A stretch of DNA of 64,000 nt from an uncultured Bdellovibrionales bacterium (GTDB taxonomy: Bacteria; Patescibacteriota; Minisyncoccia; Moranbacterales; UBA9337), in contig CAZSCV010000002.1 of NCBI GenBank assembly GCA_964605525.1, forward strand, positions 5,888-69,887, written 5' to 3'. Shown piece after piece: positions 57,545 to 64,000 of the stretch. Both the position numbers and the translations under genes were made by a program. The notes beneath the pieces were generated by a model, which ran no database searches, was not told where the DNA came from, and saw nothing but the letters and a program-made list of their open reading frames with translations. Position 1 is the stretch's first letter. Each line of letters begins with the position of its first letter.

Positions 57545-58588
57545 ATGAATAAATCAAAAAGCGTAAAAATATCTGAAAAAAATGAACCTTTGGCAATCAA
57601 GTCCATGAAGGTTGTTTTGGATTTTCTTCCAGAAAGAGCGGAAAAAATCTTGAAAATGAGATTCGGAGTTATTAATGGTCATCCAGCAACACTGGAGGAA
57701 ATAGGAAAAAAATATGGAATAACCAGGGAAAGAGTTCGCCAGATTATAAAAGAGGCATTAAATAAGGTAAAAAGAAAAAAAGTCAAAAGCGGAGCTTCCA
57801 TTGAACAGGAGATTAAATTTGCAATCAATAAAAGTAATGGTATAATCAGAGAAGAAAAGTTATTGAACCAAGTAAGTGATAATGTCAAAGCTCAAGGAGC
57901 CGTCAAGTTTTTTTTGAAAGTTATTGACGGGGTGAATTCCAGGTCTGCCAGCGCGGAGATGGAAAAAGTTTTTTATGTGAAAGATTTTGATTTTTCAAAA
58001 TGGAAAGATTGCAAGGATATTGCAAAAAAGATATTGGAAAAGAAAAATGTTTCAATTCCGTCTGATGAAATCGTAAAAGAGATTTCCGCCGCAGATGCAA
58101 ATATTGAAAAATCCGCAATTTTGGATTATTTGGATGTTTGCAAGGAGGTAAAAATCAATAATTTTGGAAAATGGGGAATGATTCAATGGAGCGATATTAC
58201 TCCAAAAGGAACAAGAGAAAAAGCTTTTCTCGTAATGAAAGAACATGGAGAACCTCTTCATTTTACTAATGTAGCGGAGTTTATTGACAAATACGGGTTA
58301 AGCAAAAGAAAATCTCATCCGCAAACAGTGCATAATGAATTGATTAAGGACACTCGGTTTGTTTTGGTTGGCAGGGGCGTTTACGCTTTGGCAGAGTGGG
58401 GATACAAGAGAGGGACGGTTAAGGATGTGCTCGAGGAAATTTTTCGAGAAAGCGGACAGCCGATGAGCCGGGATGAAATTCTGAACAAGGTTCTGTCCAG
58501 TCGAAAAGTCAAGAAATCCACTATTATGATAAATCTGAACAATTTTTTTGTTCGAGTTGATAAAGATAGATATGCAATAAAAAAATAA
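57545..58588 (+). CDS. sigma70 region-4 HTH + HARE-HTH (RNAP delta-like) domain protein
   Basis: RFG...TLEEIG..YGITRERVRQI; PLHF, TVHNELI..RFVLVGRG.YAL.EWG. Confidence 0.8.
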   Translation: MNKSKSVKISEKNEPLAIKSMKVVLDFLPERAEKILKMRFGVINGHPATLEEIGKKYGITRERVRQIIKEALNKVKRKKVKSGASIEQEIKFAINKSNGIIREEKLLNQVSDNVKAQGAVKFFLKVIDGVNSRSASAEMEKVFYVKDFDFSKWKDCKDIAKKILEKKNVSIPSDEIVKEISAADANIEKSAILDYLDVCKEVKINNFGKWGMIQWSDITPKGTREKAFLVMKEHGEPLHFTNVAEFIDKYGLSKRKSHPQTVHNELIKDTRFVLVGRGVYALAEWGYKRGTVKDVLEEIFRESGQPMSRDEILNKVLSSRKVKKSTIMINLNNFFVRVDKDRYAIKK

Positions 58589-58629
58589 AGCAGTCTAGCG
58601 GTTTATTTTTTATACCAAAAACAAAATAA

Positions 58630-59910
58630 ATGTTTGAAATAATCAGGGAATCTTTTCTGAATTTAGGCGAAAGCATTTCAGGTGGGTGGCAAATATTGTC
58701 CCATATCTGGTTTATTGTGCTTCCGCCTGTTTTGTATTATTTGTTTAAATTGATTTGGATGGATTTTGTCCAAAATAAATTTCTCGGATCATTGCAATGG
58801 GTGATGCTGGAAATTATTCCTCCGCGGGAAATTGAAAGAAGCCCCCAGCCGATGGAATCAATTTTTAACGGATTGACCGGGGTGTACAAAGGTCTTAATG
58901 CGAAAGACTTGTATGTTGACGGCGCGCTCACATTGAGTTTCAGTCTAGAATTGGTAAGTGACGCCGGACAAGTGCATTTCTATATCCGCACCACAAAACA
59001 AAACAGGGGGCTTGTCGAATCCCACATATACGCGCAATATCCGGATGCAGAAATTCTGGAAGTTCCCGATTATACAAATGATGTTCCGAAAATTATTCCA
59101 AACAAGACTTGGGAGCTTTGGGGAACTGATTTTATGCTTATTAAACCGGATGCTTATCCGATCAGGAGTTATAGCTGGTTTGAAGAAAGTGTAACCGGAA
59201 AAATGATTGATCCTTTGTCCTCATTGGTTGAAGCGATGGGAACAGCTGGTCCTGGACAACAACTCTGGTTTCAAATTATTATTATCCCCGAAGAGTTGAA
59301 TTATTATAATTCCGGAAGAGTATTGATAGATAAGCTGGCAGGAAGAGTGAAAAAAGAAAATCCAGGAATTTTGAGCGGTGTTGGAAAAGATTTCGTTGAT
59401 GTTATAAAAGGAGTTTTTCAGGGAATTTTTTCTCCGGTAGAATTTTCTCCAGCAAAGGAAAATAAAAAAGAGGAGGTTCCATTGGAATTCCGCCTTACTC
59501 CAGGAGAGAAAGACGCAATGAAAGCAATTGAAGAATCAATGGGGAAGGCTGTTTTCCTGACAAAAATTCGTTTCCTTGTGGTTGGAAAAAGACAAGGATT
59601 CGACCGTTCGATAATCGGTGCTTTTATGGGAGGCGTCCGTCAGTTTTCTGATTCCAATTTGAATGGATTCAAGCATGATAATACTTCGAAAACTTACGGA
59701 ATTCATTGGGGCGGAAAAATGCGCACACTTTATCGTCAAAGAAAAATATTTCAGCGTTACAAGGATCGTGATCCTACCGGAACGAAATTTTTTCTCAATA
59801 CTGAAGAGTTGGCGACAATTTTTCATTTTCCGGATATGGCCGTGGTTGCGCCTTCAGTGAGAAAAGTTGAATCCAAACGTGGAGGAGCTCCATCAAATCT
59901 GCCAATTTAA
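58630..59910 (+). CDS. conserved membrane protein preceding VirD4/HerA-like ATPase
   Basis: N-terminal TM; LEIIPP, FSLE, YAQYPD, YPIR.Y, ELAT.FHFP, P.NLP. Confidence 0.7.
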   Translation: MFEIIRESFLNLGESISGGWQILSHIWFIVLPPVLYYLFKLIWMDFVQNKFLGSLQWVMLEIIPPREIERSPQPMESIFNGLTGVYKGLNAKDLYVDGALTLSFSLELVSDAGQVHFYIRTTKQNRGLVESHIYAQYPDAEILEVPDYTNDVPKIIPNKTWELWGTDFMLIKPDAYPIRSYSWFEESVTGKMIDPLSSLVEAMGTAGPGQQLWFQIIIIPEELNYYNSGRVLIDKLAGRVKKENPGILSGVGKDFVDVIKGVFQGIFSPVEFSPAKENKKEEVPLEFRLTPGEKDAMKAIEESMGKAVFLTKIRFLVVGKRQGFDRSIIGAFMGGVRQFSDSNLNGFKHDNTSKTYGIHWGGKMRTLYRQRKIFQRYKDRDPTGTKFFLNTEELATIFHFPDMAVVAPSVRKVESKRGGAPSNLPI

Positions 59911-59954
59911 TGGTGAAGTTTATTGATTTGATTTAATGTTTTAATAAAAATAAT

Positions 59955-61772
59955 ATGTCTGATATAACATTTTTTGCCAAAACAAATTTTCGCAATAAAG
60001 AAACTGAATTTGGGATAAAAACCGATGATCGACGGAGGCATATTTATGTGATTGGAAAAACCGGTATGGGAAAAACCAATTTGCTTGAGCATTTGGTTAT
60101 TCAGGATATTCGTAATGGACATGGAGTGGCATATATTGATCCGCATGGTGATACGGCGGAAAAAATTCTCAAAGCTGTTCCATCGGAAAGAATTAATGAT
60201 GTGATTTATCTCAATCCGTCAGACGCGGAATTTCCAATTGCTTTTAATATCTTGGAGGCAGTCGACGAGGATAAGAAAAATTTGGTGGCATCCGGAATGA
60301 TGGGAGTATTTAAAAAGATTTGGCCGGATGTGTGGAGTCCTCGAATGGAGTATATTTTGAACAATACAATTTTGGCGCTTTTGGATTATCCAGGGTCAAC
60401 AATGCTTGGAGTGAGCCGGATGATGTCAGATAAGGATTATCGGAAGCGGGTTTATGTAAAAATCAAAGATCCGGTGGTAAAATCTTTCTGGATTAATGAG
60501 TTTGACAAATGGGAAGATCGTTTTCGAAAAGAGGCAGTGGCGGCGATTCAAAATAAGGTTGGACAGTTTCTTTCTTCATCCGTAATCCGGCACATTGTAG
60601 GACAGCCGAAATCGACGATTGATATGCGCGATATTATGGATAATAAGAAAATTTTAATTGTCAATCTTTCCAAAGGGAGAATCGGAGAAGATGCAATGCG
60701 CCTTTTGGGAGGAATGATTGTGACAAAAATTCAGCTGGGAGTAATGGGGCGCGTGGATATTCCGGAGGAGGAAAGAAAAGATTTTTACTTGCATGTGGAT
60801 GAATTTCAAAATTTTGCCACTGAATCGTTTGCCAGCATTCTTTCCGAGGCGCGAAAATACCGCTTAAGCTTGACCTTGGCGCATCAATATATCAGCCAGC
60901 TTGTTATTGATGGAAACGCGACAGTTCGCGATGCGATTTTCGGAAATGTTGGAACGCTGATCGCTTTTCGTGTTGGAGCTGAAGATGCTGAACAATTGGA
61001 AAAAGAATTTGAGCCGATTTTTACTGCTAATGATATTATTAATTTGCCGAAATATCACGTTTATTTGAAACTGATGATTGATGGTGTGGCGGGAGATGCT
61101 TTTTCTGCGACTACTTTGCCTCCGGTTGAAATAAAATCAACAGAAAAGAATTTTGAAAAGATTATTCGAAATTCCCGCGAAAGATATGGAAGCAATAAAA
61201 AAGAGGTGGAAGATCGGATTGCAAGATGGAGCGGAATGGTTATTGACAGCGGAGTGACTTTCGACGGCGGAGAAAATATGTATGAAGATAGGAACACAAA
61301 TCCACAAAGAAATTATCCGAAAGAACAAAGACCTGAAAAACAGCCATCCGTTCAGGCGGTAAAAGATCTTCCGGAAAAAGTAGTTGCGCCTCAAAAATCT
61401 GAAACTGAAGAAGTTGAGCGCGTTTTGTATGATGCCAAATGCGCCACTTGTGAAACCACCATCAAAGTTCCTTTTCGTCCGGATGGAAAACGTCCAACTT
61501 TTTGCAAGGATTGCCTCAAAGACTATCAACGGACGGTGGCGAAATCTAAACAGCAAATGGAAGAAAAGGAGAATTTCAAAAAAGAATCAAAAAAAGAGGT
61601 TGAGGATCCGCGGATAATTGAACGGGTAGCATACAAGGCGCCTGAAAATCCGGTCAAGCTCTCCCAATTGAAAAATGTCGCTCCGAAAAAATTCAAGAAT
61701 CTTCGCAAGAAACCTAATGTTGATTTGAAAGGAATACGCGACTTAATCAGTAAAAATCAAGAAAAAAAATAA
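59955..61772 (+). CDS. VirD4/TraD/HerA-like P-loop ATPase with C-terminal CxxC-x17-CxxC domain
   Basis: Walker A GKTGMGKT, IDPHGD, Walker B VDEFQ, SEARKY, AHQ; CATC-x17-CKDC. Confidence 0.85.
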   Translation: MSDITFFAKTNFRNKETEFGIKTDDRRRHIYVIGKTGMGKTNLLEHLVIQDIRNGHGVAYIDPHGDTAEKILKAVPSERINDVIYLNPSDAEFPIAFNILEAVDEDKKNLVASGMMGVFKKIWPDVWSPRMEYILNNTILALLDYPGSTMLGVSRMMSDKDYRKRVYVKIKDPVVKSFWINEFDKWEDRFRKEAVAAIQNKVGQFLSSSVIRHIVGQPKSTIDMRDIMDNKKILIVNLSKGRIGEDAMRLLGGMIVTKIQLGVMGRVDIPEEERKDFYLHVDEFQNFATESFASILSEARKYRLSLTLAHQYISQLVIDGNATVRDAIFGNVGTLIAFRVGAEDAEQLEKEFEPIFTANDIINLPKYHVYLKLMIDGVAGDAFSATTLPPVEIKSTEKNFEKIIRNSRERYGSNKKEVEDRIARWSGMVIDSGVTFDGGENMYEDRNTNPQRNYPKEQRPEKQPSVQAVKDLPEKVVAPQKSETEEVERVLYDAKCATCETTIKVPFRPDGKRPTFCKDCLKDYQRTVAKSKQQMEEKENFKKESKKEVEDPRIIERVAYKAPENPVKLSQLKNVAPKKFKNLRKKPNVDLKGIRDLISKNQEKK

Positions 61773-61805
61773 AATAAAAAATTAATATAATTTTTTTAAA
61801 ATAAA

Positions 61806-62435
61806 ATGGATAAAAAATCAAAGGTACTGATAGCAGTTTTTGTTGCGTTAATTTTTATTTCCGTCGGAGCGACATATTGGAGAATAGTGATTAAAAAGGA
61901 CTATATCATTGAATCGCAAGTTGATTGTGATCCATATGAAGAAGAGTGTTTTGTTTGGGAATGTGATCCGCAGTCTTCTGTTGAGGGAGAAGCGTGCACC
62001 GGAAAACCCGAAGAAGATGTTTGGTATTTCAAAGTTGTCAGAAGAAATGCCGGCAACATTCCTCTTTGCGATCCGGATGCGGATGAAGAATGTGAGCCGT
62101 TTTTGTGCTCTGAGGATGAGAAAGATTGCGAGGAGGAATTCTGCGCCGAGGAAAATATGGAAAATTATTCCGCGGCAAGTTGCAATGATCCTGCTATTTT
62201 TTCCGCTCAAAATCCGATTGAAGAAACCGACGAATGCCTCGAGGAGGAAGATGATTGCGTAAAAGATGCGGAAGTTTTGGAAGAAATTGATAATGAAAAG
62301 GAGATTGATGTGCTGGAAAATCAGGAGGGGATTTTGGATGCCGAAAGTGATACTTTAAAAGATGATGATGCAGAGGAGAATATGCCAATGGAAAATGCTG
62401 ATCAAGCCGTGCCAATAGAAATAATTCCTTTGTAA
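61806..62435 (+). CDS. membrane-anchored Cys- and acid-rich protein
   Basis: N-terminal TM, about 12 Cys, D/E-rich. Confidence 0.7.
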   Translation: MDKKSKVLIAVFVALIFISVGATYWRIVIKKDYIIESQVDCDPYEEECFVWECDPQSSVEGEACTGKPEEDVWYFKVVRRNAGNIPLCDPDADEECEPFLCSEDEKDCEEEFCAEENMENYSAASCNDPAIFSAQNPIEETDECLEEEDDCVKDAEVLEEIDNEKEIDVLENQEGILDAESDTLKDDDAEENMPMENADQAVPIEIIPL

Positions 62436-62579
62436 ATATTTATAAAAGTTAGAGAATCTAAATAAATATAAAAAGGAGGTATGTGATTAGGAATAAACAA
62501 TATTATCCTTGTTTTGTTTGACTTTTGCCTTGCTTAATGATACTTTGAATAAAGTTAAATGGAGTATAATTTTAAATTT

Positions 62580-63212
62580 ATGAACAAGAAAAATATCATT
62601 ATTTTAGCAGTTGTTCTGACAATCATCATTGTCGGAGGTTTTTTGGTCTGGAAAGGTGATCAGAAGGTTGAAGTTATTGAGGAACAGGGTCAAGATCAGA
62701 ATCAACAGCAAGGAGAAGATCAGCAGACGGTGGTTGATACAAGTGATTGGAAGACTTACAGAAATGAAGAATATGGGTTTGAGATTGAATTGCCTGGGAA
62801 TATGAACAAATGGAATATAGAAAAAAAAGTTTTCCCTAAGAGCGATATATATAGTGCGGAAACAGTAGCCTTGTATTTAAATTATGATTTAGATACGAGT
62901 ATTCAGCGCGCAGAGAATGATTCAGCATTAGGAATGATAAATGAGATGGGTTTGTATTATATAAGTATTATACCTATAGAGATATGGAGACAAGATATTT
63001 GTGATTCTGTGAAGGATGGTCCATGCTATCAGGGAGAAGTGTTGGGAAAAAATAATTTGTACGTTTTTGAGTCAGGGTTTACAAGTATCGAAGGTGCTGG
63101 CTATTTGTGTTTAGAGAAAGGCAATATGCAAAAAGAATTTTGTGCCGTAGATAAAAATTTTGGCAGAGATGATATTATAAGTCGGTTAAATTTTAGATTA
63201 ATAAAGGAGTGA
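62580..63212 (+). CDS. membrane-anchored secreted protein (PsbP-like motif)
   Basis: N-terminal TM, Q-rich linker, DTSDWKTYRNEEYGFEI. Confidence 0.7.
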   Translation: MNKKNIIILAVVLTIIIVGGFLVWKGDQKVEVIEEQGQDQNQQQGEDQQTVVDTSDWKTYRNEEYGFEIELPGNMNKWNIEKKVFPKSDIYSAETVALYLNYDLDTSIQRAENDSALGMINEMGLYYISIIPIEIWRQDICDSVKDGPCYQGEVLGKNNLYVFESGFTSIEGAGYLCLEKGNMQKEFCAVDKNFGRDDIISRLNFRLIKE

Positions 63213-63275
63213 GTAAATAGATATAGTAGTATCTTGAAAATTTAATAAAATCAGGGAGGTGCTTATTGAGATTGA

Positions 63276-63743
63276 AAGGACGTTGCCATTTTTGATTCAA
63301 CCTCCACAAATCCATACGGTCATGTTGCTGTTATTGATAGTATCAATGGGGATCAAATAACTATCAGTGAGTGGAATTATGGATCGCTGTCTTCTGATTC
63401 AGCAAAACGTGCCTGTGGTGTGACTAATGAATTTGGTGTGTTGCATAATCCTGTTCGCACAATATCCAAAAGTAGTGTGTCCAAATTTTGGAGGCCAAAT
63501 TTTTCTAGTGATTCTATCTCTATGGAAGCTCAAATGCGCGTTGTCGGTCAAATCGGCTGGTATCCGGCTAATAAAACCTGCATTAACGCGGATTACTGGG
63601 CGCGAATAGTAGATAATAAAGCTGTTCAATCTCTTGGAGACTATTCCGCTTGTTATGAGGTTGGGTTGGGATATATAACCAATCCTGAATACGCGGATAT
63701 TCTTTTTGGAACTGGCGATTTGCCGGAAATTTGCATTCAATAA
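63276..63743 (+). pseudogene. 5'-truncated CHAP-domain protein
   Basis: DVAIF...YGHVAVI...ITISEWNY in frame with ORF 63420..63743; TGA at 63273; catalytic-Cys half missing. Confidence 0.6.
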
Positions 63744-63760
63744 AACGAGGAGGATTACCA

Positions 63761-64000
63761 ATGAAAGTAAAAATAATTTTACTGATGATACTTTTTGTAT
63801 TATCAATCCCTCTGTTCATATTTGCAGCGGAGTGTGGAAATATGGAAATAGTTCAGTTAGGTTCGGAAAATTCCGATAACGACAGTATTTCTATCCCCAC
63901 CAAAAATTCCTCAGTCAAAGTCCGCGAGATCCAAATCTCTGACGATGACGACAAGATGATTTCTCATTCCCTCATCAAAGAGCCGGATCAGAAATATCAC
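63761..64000 (+). CDS. secreted protein, runs off window end
   Basis: SD GAGGAGG; MKVKIILLMILFVLSIPLFIFA signal peptide; frame open to the end. Confidence 0.65.
   Translation, partial: MKVKIILLMILFVLSIPLFIFAAECGNMEIVQLGSENSDNDSISIPTKNSSVKVREIQISDDDDKMISHSLIKEPDQKYH

Noticed and set aside
4367-61708. Numerous antisense and nested ORFs of 60-216 aa in the track
   Set aside because: They shadow well-supported genes, are Phe/Ser/Ile-rich mirror translations, and show no motifs.
62473-62486. AGGAGGT followed by ATG-TGA minigene
   Set aside because: No SD-to-start spacing and no supporting context.
1-64000. Alternative genetic code (TGA=Gly as in Gracilibacteria/SR1)
   Set aside because: Conserved genes are full length under code 11, and rpsJ and rplX end in TGA at the expected positions.
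1-64000. rRNA or tRNA genes, prophage, group I/II introns, reverse transcriptase/DGR
   Set aside because: No recognisable sequence or protein motifs, and the intergenic gaps are too short for rRNA or introns.

Overview
AT-rich bacterial chromosome segment, genetic code 11, with hallmarks of Patescibacteria/CPR (Parcubacteria-like; lineage inferred from gene content: no rpmD in the spc operon, type IV pilins, DUF4012, sigma-r4/HARE-HTH protein, core genes without Shine-Dalgarno motifs). Bases ~3.8-24.4 kb hold the str/S10/spc ribosomal superoperon, with rplB moved behind rplV and with a flavoprotein, typA and an orphan gene inserted. Sugar and glycolysis genes follow (galT, tpiA, fba, gap), interleaved with a reduced group 3b-like [NiFe]-hydrogenase locus: hypC, hypD, hypE, a Kae1-only hypF, small and large subunits, and a Cys-free hypA. 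After that come cell-envelope genes (murD, GT4, murJ), lepA, rplU, recR, dnaB, a VirD4/HerA-like ATPase pair and secreted proteins. Most unusual: (i) a promoterless Mrr-like nuclease gene enclosed by ~80-bp inverted repeats ending in GTTAGCT/AGCTAAC-type sites, next to an internally deleted IntI-like recombinase (an integron-like or invertible cassette); (ii) a HEPN + Schlafen/AlbA islet followed by a self-contained convergent small RNA; (iii) a family of 7-9-nt periodic repeats carrying TCCGCC..GGCGGA mini-palindromes, found in spacers and in frame inside hypF and lepA; (iv) several long unexplained intergenic hairpins. No rRNA, tRNA or CRISPR array was seen. All family calls come from motif recognition by eye; no database search was run.
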